The position numbers and the translations under genes were made by a program. A stretch of DNA of 43,758 nt, taken from Xanthobacteraceae bacterium (GTDB lineage: Bacteria > Pseudomonadota > Alphaproteobacteria > Rhizobiales > Xanthobacteraceae). The stretch's first letter is position 1, and each line of letters starts with the position of its first letter. The DNA lies in contig DASYNT010000191.1 in assembly GCA_036008405.1 (NCBI GenBank), positions 1-43,758 of the forward strand. The letters run 5' to 3'. The notes beneath the pieces were generated by a model, which made no database searches, was not told the origin of the DNA, and worked only from the letters and a program-made list of their open reading frames with translations. Positions 35,448 to 43,758 of the stretch are shown piece after piece.

Positions 35448-36553
35448 GGCAGGTCCGCCAGGCTCTTGGCGCCGGGCCCGGGCGTGATCAAGGTCGGCCA
35501 CTGGTGCGAGCCGAACGGCACCTGGGGCGGCAGCGTCACGGCGATGTTGCGCTTGCCGTCTTCATCGATGATCGCCTGGCGTGCGTCGCCGCCCATCAGT
35601 TCGTAGTCCATGAGGTGGTAGTTGCCGAAGAACGCAGCGCCGACGGACCGGTCGGAGATGATCCGGGTCAGCGCGTCCAGCATGTCGTCAGGGGTCGTGG
35701 TGAACGAGACCGTCTCGATCAGCATCAGCCGGTCGTTGATGGCCTCCGGCCCGAAGAACTGCGCCAGCACGCTGAACAGGATGTTGTTCTGGCGGGCAAC
35801 GTAGATGGTGTTGCTCGCCGCGTAGGTCTTGTCCCAGTCTGCGCCAAGCATCTGTTTCCAGCCGCCGATCACGTCCATCCAGTGGGCGACCTGGGTCTGC
35901 GCCGCCCAGGCGATGTTCTTCTTCAGCAGCGGCGACTGCCGCTTGGCGAAGTCCGCTAGCGCGTCGGCCGAGATCACGTTGTTCCTCAGGCATTCGTCCA
36001 TGAACGCGATGTTGTTCTGCAGAATGCTGCGGTTGTTCGGCCGCCAGTCGTCCCGCATCGGGCTCGCATCGAGGCCGTCGAGCGCGGACTGCATGCGGTT
36101 CCGGTACGCCGCCAGCGAGCCGCGCCAGCTCAGGTCGCCGGGGCTGTCGAGATAGGGAACGACCACTTCGGCCAGCGCCATGGTGCTGTGGCCGACGGAT
36201 TTGAGCAATTGATAGACGATCGGCACCGGCGGCGCATCGAGCGGCGCCAGCCCGGGGCGGTAGAGGATGAACCGTCCCCCGGCCCCCGAGAACAGGCCGA
36301 GGATCAGCGGGTGCTGTGCCAGGATGTTTTTCCTGAACACCTGACCGGCATCGCCGTAAAGCTCGAACATGGTCGTGTTGAGCTGGAGGATGTTCTTCGT
36401 CCCGATCTCGGCAGGCCCCGCCGTTTGGCTGCCGACGATCTCTTTGAAGTAGGACGGCACATCCGCGGCGCGCGCCGGCGAACATGATCCGCCGACGATG
36501 AGCGCGGTCAGCAGCGCGCCGGCGCCGGCTGCCATGATCGCAATGGTTCTCAT
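35444..36553 (-). CDS. Hypothetical exported protein (369 aa)
   Basis: MRTIAIMAAGAGALLTALIVGG signal. ATG at 36553..36551 with an AGGAG SD. No recognisable domain. Confidence 0.65.
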   Translation of the reverse strand: MRTIAIMAAGAGALLTALIVGGSCSPARAADVPSYFKEIVGSQTAGPAEIGTKNILQLNTTMFELYGDAGQVFRKNILAQHPLILGLFSGAGGRFILYRPGLAPLDAPPVPIVYQLLKSVGHSTMALAEVVVPYLDSPGDLSWRGSLAAYRNRMQSALDGLDASPMRDDWRPNNRSILQNNIAFMDECLRNNVISADALADFAKRQSPLLKKNIAWAAQTQVAHWMDVIGGWKQMLGADWDKTYAASNTIYVARQNNILFSVLAQFFGPEAINDRLMLIETVSFTTTPDDMLDALTRIISDRSVGAAFFGNYHLMDYELMGGDARQAIIDEDGKRNIAVTLPPQVPFGSHQWPTLITPGPGAKSLADLP

Positions 36554-36920
36554 GATATCTCCTGCATTCCAGGCTGAGGAATCGGTGAACGTACCGTCGC
36601 CCGCCGTCGCGCTAAGCGCAAGCACCGGGCGCGCCGGCCGATCTCGCCGACCGTCCTCGCAGCGCGACCTGCCGAACGGGCGCTCGATGCGAGTTATGGA
36701 CGCAACTGGTAAGCAGAATTGTAACGCGACGACGCGCGCCCAGCTCTCCTTTTGCGCCTGGTAAGTTCGACGTTAACGGCATTCGGCCGCCTCGAACATG
36801 GCCCACGCGATCAAAACAGCAGTCTTCGCGCCGAACTCCAGCGACAGGAACGGCGCGAGGTCCGAGACCGCGGCCGGAGCGCTGTCCTTTGCGTTGGACG
36901 GCGCTCCGAGGCCATTTACT

Positions 36921-36970
36921 TCGAGCAGCATTGTCCGAAAAGTCTGCGACCTTTCGGGAATCATGCTCAC
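36921..36970. repeat. Palindromic intergenic repeat (REP-like), copy just downstream of the NHL gene stop
   Basis: GAGCAGCATTGT-CCGAAAAGTCTGCGACCTTTCGG-GAATCATGCTCAC. Same family as 30926-30980. Confidence 0.7.
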
Positions 36971-36977
36971 CGGCGGC

Positions 36978-38093
36978 TTAATTCTGCAGGTCCAGGCGCC
37001 GGAACCGCTGGATGCGCTCTCCGGTCGCCACCTCGGCGGTGTAGATGTTGCCCTGATGGTCGACCGCGATGTTGTGTGCCGCGGTGAACTCGCCGGCCTG
37101 GCGGCCAACCCGGCCGAACCGTCCGAGCACTTCCTTGCTGGCATGGTCGATGATCCGCACTTCGCCGTTCGCGCCGTCGACCATGTAGATGTATTTCTGT
37201 GCTTGGTCCGGCGAGAACACGAGTTCGTAGACCGAGCCGGTGGCACGGGTGTTCTTCTCGTAGAAATGCTCGGAGACGAACGTGCCGTCCTTGCGGAAGA
37301 TCTGCACGCGGTCGTTGGTGCGGTCGCAGGTGTAAACGAGGCCGTCCTTGTCGATGCGAACACAGTGCACCGGGTTGCCGAACTGGGCGGAGGCCGGCTT
37401 CGCCGGGTCGTAGGGCGGCGTCTTCTCGTCGCTCGGCTTCTTGCCGTAGGCGCCCCAGTGCCGCTTGTAGGCGCCGGTCTCGGAATCGAACACCACGATC
37501 CGGCGATTGGCATAGCCGTCGGCGGCAAAGACCTCCTTGGCGGCGACATCGACCGCGACATCCGCCGGCGAGCCGAGCCGCTCGGTGGAATTGCTGTCAT
37601 GGCCCTCGCCGGCTTTGCCGATCTGCATCACGAACTTGCCGTCCATGGTGAATTTGAGGAGCTGGCCATCCTTGTCGCCGCTGCCGGCGAGCCAGACGAA
37701 GTCGTTGCCGTCGATATAGATGCCGTGCTCGACTTTCGGCCACTGGTAGCCCTGGCCGGGGCCGCCCCAGCTCTTCACCAGGTTGCCGGACTGGTCGAAC
37801 ACCAGGACCGGCGGAGCGGCGGCACAGCACTTGGACACGGGAGGGTTCTGCTCGGCGGCGCGCTCCCGCGGACTGAGCGAGCCCGGCCGCTGGACCACCC
37901 AGATGCGATCGAACCGGTCGACCGTGATGCCCGAGACCTGCCCGAGGATCCAGTTATTCGGAAGCGGCTTCGGCCACAACGCGTCGACCTGGAACCGGGG
38001 CAGGCCGCTTTCCCCGGACGTCTGTGCAAGGGTCAATACCGGGGCGACGATACACATGGCCGCCGCCACCAGCAGTTTCGCAGCACGTTTCAT
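36978..38093 (-). CDS. NHL-repeat beta-propeller protein (peptidylglycine-amidating-lyase-like), secreted
   Basis: Real start MKRAAKLLVAAAMCIVAPVLTLAQ (ATG 38093..38091, GGGAGG SD) inside track ORF 36978..39209. Repeated blades: DRIWVVQR, NDFVWLAG, GLVYTCDRTNDRVQIF, GNIYTAEV. Confidence 0.8.
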   Translation of the reverse strand: MKRAAKLLVAAAMCIVAPVLTLAQTSGESGLPRFQVDALWPKPLPNNWILGQVSGITVDRFDRIWVVQRPGSLSPRERAAEQNPPVSKCCAAAPPVLVFDQSGNLVKSWGGPGQGYQWPKVEHGIYIDGNDFVWLAGSGDKDGQLLKFTMDGKFVMQIGKAGEGHDSNSTERLGSPADVAVDVAAKEVFAADGYANRRIVVFDSETGAYKRHWGAYGKKPSDEKTPPYDPAKPASAQFGNPVHCVRIDKDGLVYTCDRTNDRVQIFRKDGTFVSEHFYEKNTRATGSVYELVFSPDQAQKYIYMVDGANGEVRIIDHASKEVLGRFGRVGRQAGEFTAAHNIAVDHQGNIYTAEVATGERIQRFRRLDLQN

Positions 38094-38240
38094 CGATTCC
38101 TCCCATTTCGTGACATGCGGGGCAATCCGCCGCAGCCCGCGAACACCATTTACCCCGGAGCGAAAGTTACTATGCCGGGCATCATTCTGCCTCCGGGCAT
38201 TCGTGTTATACAATCTTACCGACACTCTGGGTATGTCCCG

Positions 38241-39077
38241 ATGCGTGGCCTCGCTTTGCTTGCCTCGGCCGGCCTGCTGGCGCTCCTGCTGGCGGGACGC
38301 GTCGCCATGGCCGCCGGCCCGGAGCCGGTCGAATTCCGTGACGGCGACCTGGCCATCAAAGGCTTCCTGTACCGCCCCGACGGGCCGGGGCCGTTTCCCG
38401 CGGTCGTCGCCATGCATAATTGCGGCGGCCTCGTCAACGCATCGGGAACCATCGCCACGCGCTACCGCGACTGGGCGTTGCAGCTCGTCAAGGCCGGATT
38501 CGTGGTGCTTTTTCCCGACAGCTACGGCTCCCGCGGCCTCGGCAATCAATGCGCCGTCCGCAATCAGCCGGTGCGGACCGATCGCGAGCGCGTCGCCGAT
38601 GCGACGGCGGCGCGGCGCTGGCTGCAGACGCAGCCCGAGGTGAAGGCCGATCGGATTTCGTTGCTGGGCTGGTCCAATGGCGCCACCGGCGTCTTGTGGG
38701 CCGTGCGACCCCGTCCCGGGCACGAGGAACGGTCGGATTTTCGCTCCGCCGTGGTGTTCTATCCCGGCTGCCGCCGCCTGGAGAACACCGCCTGGAGCGC
38801 CCGCGTTCCGACGCTGATCCTGGTCGGCGCACTGGACGACTGGACCTCGGTGCAGGAATGCGAGCGCATGGTGGCCGGCGCCAGGGGGCGCAGTGCACGG
38901 GCTTCCATCATCGTCTATCCCGGTGCCTTCCACGATTTCGACCACCCGTCCCGCCCCCCGCAGATCCGCGCCGGCTCGGCCTTCTCGGCCGACGGCTCCG
39001 GGCGCTTCCATTCCGGCACCAACGCCACCGCGCGGGCCGATGCCCTGAAGCGGGTGCCGCAATGGCTGGCGCGATGA
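38241..39077 (+). CDS. Dienelactone hydrolase family protein, secreted
   Basis: MRGLALLASAGLLALLLAG signal. Motifs: FPAVVAMHNCGG, LLGWSNGA (nucleophile elbow variant), YPGAFHDFD. C-terminal part of track ORF 36798..39077. Confidence 0.85.
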   Translation: MRGLALLASAGLLALLLAGRVAMAAGPEPVEFRDGDLAIKGFLYRPDGPGPFPAVVAMHNCGGLVNASGTIATRYRDWALQLVKAGFVVLFPDSYGSRGLGNQCAVRNQPVRTDRERVADATAARRWLQTQPEVKADRISLLGWSNGATGVLWAVRPRPGHEERSDFRSAVVFYPGCRRLENTAWSARVPTLILVGALDDWTSVQECERMVAGARGRSARASIIVYPGAFHDFDHPSRPPQIRAGSAFSADGSGRFHSGTNATARADALKRVPQWLAR

Positions 39078-39100
39078 AGCGGTTCTCGTAAAAGGCAGGT

Positions 39101-39128
39101 GAGGTGCACACCGAAAGGCGTACACCTC
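39101..39128. terminator. Hairpin between convergent genes (candidate bidirectional terminator)
   Basis: GAGGTGCAC, 10-nt loop, GTACACCTC (one mismatch). A-run before it and CCTTTT on the opposite strand after it. Confidence 0.4.
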
Positions 39129-39218
39129 CCCTGAAAAAGGGCGTTGAAAGCAAGAGGGACCGGCACCATCGCAAAGGCGGTGCGTGCATGCCGATCCCGT
39201 CCGCGTCACCGCGATCGG

Positions 39219-40838
39219 TCAGAACAACGAGCCTTGCCCGGGGTTGACGGCGCGCCGGGGTTTCGGCCTGCCCGGATCGGCCACGGCCCCGCGCGCAACC
39301 GGCGCCCGGGTGCCCCCGGCGGAGCTGCCTGCGACGGTGGCGCCGTCGGCAGTCGCGCCGACGCGTCCGTCGGCGAATTCGATGTCGAGCCGCAGTCCCG
39401 GGCTCACTGCCGCCGCGGCGCGCAGGGGCCGGCCATCCTCGGCGCGCACCAGCGCAAATCCCCGCGCCAGCACGCCGTGATAGGACAATGCGTCGAGCAG
39501 CTGGCCGGCGCGATCGAGCCGCGCCCGGCGGCGGTCGATCAAGGTCGCCGCGGCACGCGCGGCACGGGCGCTCAGCGCATCGATCCGCTCGCGGCTGCGT
39601 GCGATGCGCACGCGCTGGGCCTCCGCATTGGCGCGCAGGCCGGCGGAGAGCCGGGCCGCCACCGCGGCGAAACGGTCGCGGCGGCGTTCGCCATGCACCC
39701 GCATGCATTGGCCGGCGCGGCCGGCGAGGCCGAGCACCCGCTCGCGGTTGCGCAGGATCGGAATCCGCAGGGTGTGCGGGGTCAACCGCGCCGCCACTCG
39801 GGTAAAGCCCGCATGGTGGGCCTGGGCATTGGCGATGAGCGCGCGCGGCAGGCGGTCGGCGCTCGCATCGAGGCGCTGTCGCGGCAGCGCCAGCAGCATG
39901 TCGGCGGAGGGCAATGCGCGGGCCGCGGCGCGCAGCTCGGTGCGGCGATGGTCCTGGGCGCGCGTCCAACACGACAGCGACCGGCGCGCCAGGCTGTCGA
40001 TGCGGTCGATGAGCTCGCTGCGCACCGGCACCGCCATCTCCGCCGCGGCGGTCGGGGTGGGCGCGCGGCGGTCGGCGACGAAATCGATCAGCGTCACGTC
40101 GGTCTCGTGACCGACCGCGGAGATCAGCGGGATCAAGCTGTCGGCGGCGGCGCGGACCACGATCTCCTCGTTGAAGGCCCAGAGATCCTCGATCGAGCCG
40201 CCGCCGCGGGCGACGATGAGAAGGTCGGGCCGCGGCATGACGCCGCCCGGCAGCTCGTTGAAGCCGCGGATCGCCGCAGCGATTTCCTCTGCGGCGCCGT
40301 CGCCTTGCACCCGCACCGGCCACACCAGGACGCGGCGCGGAAAGCGGTCGGACAGGCGATGCAGGATGTCGCGGATGACGGCGCCGGTCGGCGAGGTGAC
40401 GACCCCGATGACGGCGGGCAGGAACGGCAGAAGCTGCTTGCGCGCCTCGTCGAACAGGCCCTCCGCGGCGAACTTCTGCTTGCGCTGCTCCAGCAGCGCC
40501 ATCAGCGCGCCGAGGCCCGCCGGCTCCAGCGTCTCGATCACGATCTGGTAGGTGGAGCGTCCGGGGAAGGTGGTGAGCCGGCCGGTGGCGACGACTTCGA
40601 GGCCCTCCTCCGGCTTGATTCGCATGCGTCCGAACACGCGGCTCCACACCACCGCATCGATGCGGGCGGTCTCGTCCTTCAGGGCGAAATAGGCGTGTCC
40701 CGACGAATGCGGGCCGCGATAGCCGGAGATTTCGCCGCGCACCCGCACATGGCCATAGGCGTCCTCGACGGTGCGCTTGAGCGCCGCCGAAAGCTCGGAC
40801 ACCGTCCATTCGGGAATGTTGATGCGCGGTTCGTTCAT
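39219..40838 (-). CDS. xseA: Exodeoxyribonuclease VII large subunit
   Basis: [29 protein letters not shown]..., [37 protein letters not shown]. Confidence 0.92.
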   Translation of the reverse strand: MNEPRINIPEWTVSELSAALKRTVEDAYGHVRVRGEISGYRGPHSSGHAYFALKDETARIDAVVWSRVFGRMRIKPEEGLEVVATGRLTTFPGRSTYQIVIETLEPAGLGALMALLEQRKQKFAAEGLFDEARKQLLPFLPAVIGVVTSPTGAVIRDILHRLSDRFPRRVLVWPVRVQGDGAAEEIAAAIRGFNELPGGVMPRPDLLIVARGGGSIEDLWAFNEEIVVRAAADSLIPLISAVGHETDVTLIDFVADRRAPTPTAAAEMAVPVRSELIDRIDSLARRSLSCWTRAQDHRRTELRAAARALPSADMLLALPRQRLDASADRLPRALIANAQAHHAGFTRVAARLTPHTLRIPILRNRERVLGLAGRAGQCMRVHGERRRDRFAAVAARLSAGLRANAEAQRVRIARSRERIDALSARAARAAATLIDRRRARLDRAGQLLDALSYHGVLARGFALVRAEDGRPLRAAAAVSPGLRLDIEFADGRVGATADGATVAGSSAGGTRAPVARGAVADPGRPKPRRAVNPGQGSLF

Positions 40839-41054
40839 TGGTGCTCGTGGTGCCTGTGGCGCCTGACTAAGATGGTCCGACCTGACGGGCAGTTCCCATC
40901 TGCTAGCGGCCGCGGCGCGCCCGGTCCAGTCGCATGGCTGGCGGGCGGCCGGCTGTCCACACGGCGGGCCGTGCGCGGCGGTGCGCCGTATTGCGACAAA
41001 ACGGTAACATGCTACACCACCTGCCGCTCAACTCTTCCCGCGGCGGGGCGATTA

Positions 41055-42332
41055 ATGAATATTCTTCTCATCGGCGGCGGCGGACGCGAGCATGCGCTCG
41101 CCTGGAAGATCGCAGCAAGCCCGCTGGTGGACCGTTTGTATTGCGCCCCGGGCAATGCGGGCATCGCCCGGGAAGCCGAATGCATCGCGCTCGACTGCGC
41201 AGATCACGGCGCGGTCATCGCCTGCTGCCGGGCCAAGGCCGTCGACTTCGTGGTGGTGGGCCCGGAAGCGCCGCTGGTGGCTGGCCTCGTCGACGACCTC
41301 GAAGCCGCCGGCGTCAGGACGTTCGGCCCCACCCGGGCGGCGGCGCGGCTCGAAGGCTCCAAGGGCTTCACCAAGGATCTGTGCCGGGCAAACCACATCC
41401 CGACTGCCGCCTATGAGCGCTTCGATGCCGCGGCGCCAGCCAAGCAACACCTGCGACGGATGACGGCGCCGATCGTCATCAAGGCCGACGGGCTCGCCGC
41501 CGGAAAGGGCGTCGTGGTGGCGGCGACCGCGGCCGAGGCCGAGGCGGCGGTCGACAGGATGTTCGGGGGCGCGCTCGGGGAAGCTGGCGGCGCCGTCGTC
41601 ATCGAGGAGTTCCTCGCCGGCGAGGAGGCCTCGCTCTTCGTGCTCAGCGACGGCGAGAACGCGGTGCCGCTCGCCACCGCCCAGGACTACAAGCGCGCCT
41701 TCGACGGCGACATCGGTCCCAACACCGGCGGCATGGGCGCGGTCTCGCCGGCGCCGGTGATGACGCCGGCGCTGGAGCGGCGCGCGCTCGAAGAGATCGT
41801 GCTGCCGACGCTCGCCGCCATGAAGGCGATGGGCGCGCCCTACAAGGGCGTGCTCTATGCGGGATTGATGATCACCGCGCAGGGGCCAAAGCTGATCGAA
41901 TACAATGTGCGGTTCGGCGATCCCGAATGCCAGGTGCTGATGCCCCGCCTGATGTCGGACGTGGTTCCGGCGCTGATTGCGGCGCGCGACGGCATGCTCA
42001 AGAACTTCGCATTGCGCTGGTACCCCGAGGTCGCGCTCACCGTGGTGATGGCGGCCGACGGCTATCCCGGCGACTATGCGAGAGGCTCGGTCATCGGCGG
42101 CCTCGGCGAGGCCGAGACGATCGAAGGCGTCGAGATTTTCCACGCCGGCACACGCAGGGAAGACGGCCGCATCCTCGCCAATGGCGGCCGCGTCCTCGAC
42201 ATCACCGCCTCGGGAAAGACCGTGGCCGAGGCCCGCGCCCGCGCCTATGCGGCAGTGGAACGGATCGTGTGGCCGGAAGGCTTCTGCCGCCGCGACATCG
42301 GCGCCCGTGCGGTGGAACGGGAACAGGCGTGA
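41055..42332 (+). CDS. purD: Phosphoribosylamine--glycine ligase
   Basis: [59 protein letters not shown]-terminal part of track ORF 39144..42332. Confidence 0.95.
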   Translation: MNILLIGGGGREHALAWKIAASPLVDRLYCAPGNAGIAREAECIALDCADHGAVIACCRAKAVDFVVVGPEAPLVAGLVDDLEAAGVRTFGPTRAAARLEGSKGFTKDLCRANHIPTAAYERFDAAAPAKQHLRRMTAPIVIKADGLAAGKGVVVAATAAEAEAAVDRMFGGALGEAGGAVVIEEFLAGEEASLFVLSDGENAVPLATAQDYKRAFDGDIGPNTGGMGAVSPAPVMTPALERRALEEIVLPTLAAMKAMGAPYKGVLYAGLMITAQGPKLIEYNVRFGDPECQVLMPRLMSDVVPALIAARDGMLKNFALRWYPEVALTVVMAADGYPGDYARGSVIGGLGEAETIEGVEIFHAGTRREDGRILANGGRVLDITASGKTVAEARARAYAAVERIVWPEGFCRRDIGARAVEREQA

Positions 42333-42410
42333 GGCTACACGCGCAACTGCGTCGGCAGGCACGTCGCAAGAACACGTCTCGCCCCAGACTTCCGGTCCCA
42401 TTGAAGGGGC

Positions 42411-42458
42411 GGAGGCGGGTGGACTTACTTTTTTGAAAAACAACCCCATGCAAAGTAG
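42411..42458. repeat. Dispersed repeat, copy B (30-bp identical core at 42429-42458)
   Basis: Identical core to 11229-11258, same orientation, starting 97 nt after the purD stop. Confidence 0.9.
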
Positions 42459-42671
42459 CCTGACGGGAACAGCCGAGGTGAACAGCAGCGATTGGCGGTG
42501 CAATCATACCAGCACGGTTGTGCCGTCAGCAGGCGAGTTCCGCTGGGCGGACGATCTGGGGCGGAGCGCAAGATGCGAGATGCCATTTGAGATGGGATTG
42601 AGCGCAACGAAATGTGAGAACATCCGCCGAGTAGGAAGCCGATCGTTGAATCCTACGGGTAACCCGTATAT

Positions 42672-42959
42672 ATGAAAAGCGATGATTTCGAATGGGATGA
42701 CGCCAAGGCGGCAAGCAATCGTCGGCACCACAAGATTACGTTCGAACAGGCGCGCGACGTGTTCGCCGATCCCTTCATCATCGAGTGGATCGACGAAGGA
42801 CAAGACGAACGCGAGCAGCGTTTCAGCGCGCTTGGCATGGTCGAAAATCGCCTCTTGTTCGTCGCCTACACGATGAGCGGGAACGCGATCAGGATCATTT
42901 CAGCCCGGCGGGCGGAACCCTTTGAGCGACGGAGGTATCATGAAGAGGATGAGACATGA
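42672..42959 (+). CDS. brnT: BrnT-family (DUF497) toxin
   Basis: FEWDDAKAASNRRHHKITFEQARDVFADPF...RIISARRA. Confidence 0.85.
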   Translation: MKSDDFEWDDAKAASNRRHHKITFEQARDVFADPFIIEWIDEGQDEREQRFSALGMVENRLLFVAYTMSGNAIRIISARRAEPFERRRYHEEDET

Positions 42960-43269
42960 CTGGACCGAAGCCGACGCGCTGACCGACGCGGAAATTCACG
43001 CCGCTGCCTTAGCCGACCCTAATGCGCAACCATTGACGCCGGAACGGCTGGCCAAGATGCGCCGGGTTCCGCGCACCAAATCACTACGGCGCGCGCTCGG
43101 TCTTTCGCAGGAGGAATTCGCCACCCGCTATCATATTCCGGTGAGTACGCTGCGCGATTGGGAACAAGGACGCTTCGAGCCGGACGCTGCGGCGCGCGCC
43201 TACCTCACCGTCATCGCGCGTGAGCCGGAGATTGTGCGTCGCGCCCTCGAACGCATGCAGACGATTTAG
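42940..43269 (+). CDS. HTH (XRE/MqsA-C-terminal-like) antitoxin partner of the BrnT-family toxin
   Basis: ATG 42940 with GGAGG at 42931-42935, overlapping the toxin stop by 20 nt. Motif: LGLSQEEFATRYHIPVSTLRDWEQGRFEPDAAARAYLTVIAREPE. Confidence 0.8.
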   Translation: MKRMRHDWTEADALTDAEIHAAALADPNAQPLTPERLAKMRRVPRTKSLRRALGLSQEEFATRYHIPVSTLRDWEQGRFEPDAAARAYLTVIAREPEIVRRALERMQTI

Positions 43270-43360
43270 CGCAACCAATTCGCACGCTTATGGTCAGCTC
43301 CCCTGATTGGCTTAAAATGCCGTGGTTAAACGGCACTGTATCTGGGCTGGGCATTGCCGA

Positions 43361-43758
43361 TCACTCGGCGGGCTGCTGGCCTTCGGGTCTCCCGCGCATC
43401 CGCACAACCTGCCCGAGCCGGGCCAGCGGCTTGTACAGCCCCAACGGAACCAGCAACAGCCTGAGGTAGTTGCTCTCGTCGGGCAGTCCACCACCGGGGT
43501 AGCCGATGCGCTCCGGTTGCTCCGCGACACCGTCCTTCACGGGCAAATAAAACGTTCCGAATATGATATCCCAGAACGAAAACTCGACACCGTAATTGCA
43601 GGAGTATCCGTATCCGTCGGGGACCTGCGCGGAATGATGCCAGCGGTGCACCTCGGGGGTCACGAACAGATAGTTCAGCAGCCCGCCTTTTACGTCGCCG
43701 CCGCAATGAGAAAAGGTTCCGCTTATATTCGTTGCCGGAACCGCGATGAGAAGCGCGA
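43361..43758 (-). CDS. Fatty acid hydroxylase / sterol desaturase family protein, N-terminus outside the window
   Basis: The frame stays open from the window edge (ALLIAVPATNISGTFSHCGGDVKGGLLNYLFVTPEVHRWHHS); His box HRWHH. The track lists only the 100-aa tail. Confidence 0.75.
   Translation of the reverse strand, partial: ALLIAVPATNISGTFSHCGGDVKGGLLNYLFVTPEVHRWHHSAQVPDGYGYSCNYGVEFSFWDIIFGTFYLPVKDGVAEQPERIGYPGGGLPDESNYLRLLLVPLGLYKPLARLGQVVRMRGRPEGQQPAE

Noticed and set aside
11229-42458. Treating the two 30-bp repeat copies as attL/attR of a 31-kb mobile island
   Set aside because: The interval contains core housekeeping genes (rlmJ, rsmE, ubiA, pmbA, waaA, lpxK, xseA, purD) with the highest GC in the window. 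There is no integrase or conjugation gene adjacent to either copy.
1-43758. CRISPR arrays, rRNA, tRNA, IS transposases, large inverted repeats
   Set aside because: I saw no regularly spaced repeats, no rRNA- or tRNA-like segments and no transposase-like ORF in any frame. The only repeats found are the short ones reported above.

Overview
This is a high-GC alphaproteobacterial chromosome segment. The gene families and synteny (DUF1194, ABC_sub_bind-type binding protein, DUF4170-DUF374-waaA-lpxK-DUF2093, divergent xseA/purD) look Rhizobiales/Bradyrhizobium-like; that placement is inference, since no search was run. I support about 41 protein genes and found no rRNA, tRNA or CRISPR array.

Layout:
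(a) 1-18.7 kb is a mosaic, accessory-looking block. It opens with a tyrosine integrase that is absent from the ORF track because it runs off the left edge. It then carries a gluconolactonase-family gene, DUF1194, DUF2237, an amidohydrolase, a SEC-C protein, an MFS transporter, a patatin-DUF488 pair, a frameshifted HlyD/DHA2 efflux pair, an SRPBCC protein and a DUF2442-HTH fusion.
(b) 18.7-42.3 kb is housekeeping core: M19 dipeptidase, rlmJ, RNase T2, rsmE, ubiA, pmbA, the waaA-lpxK LPS cluster, xseA and purD.
(c) 42.3-43.8 kb holds a BrnT-type toxin/HTH antitoxin pair and a truncated fatty-acid hydroxylase gene.

Many long ORFs in the track are antisense or off-frame shadows typical of high-GC DNA. 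Several listed ORFs begin far upstream of the real start, so I re-set those starts from signal peptides and Shine-Dalgarno sites.

I do not see a convincing complete novel multi-gene system. The best leads are:
- the unlisted integrase and island boundary;
- a decayed duplicate of the ubiA 3' end bracketing an inserted binding-protein gene;
- a 30-bp identical core repeated 31.2 kb apart with one sharp edge;
- the frameshifted efflux adaptor;
- a patatin/micro-ORF/DUF488 tandem;
- a SEC-C protein with an antitoxin-like C-terminus;
- a palindromic intergenic repeat family.

All family calls come from motif recognition by eye, and no database search was run.
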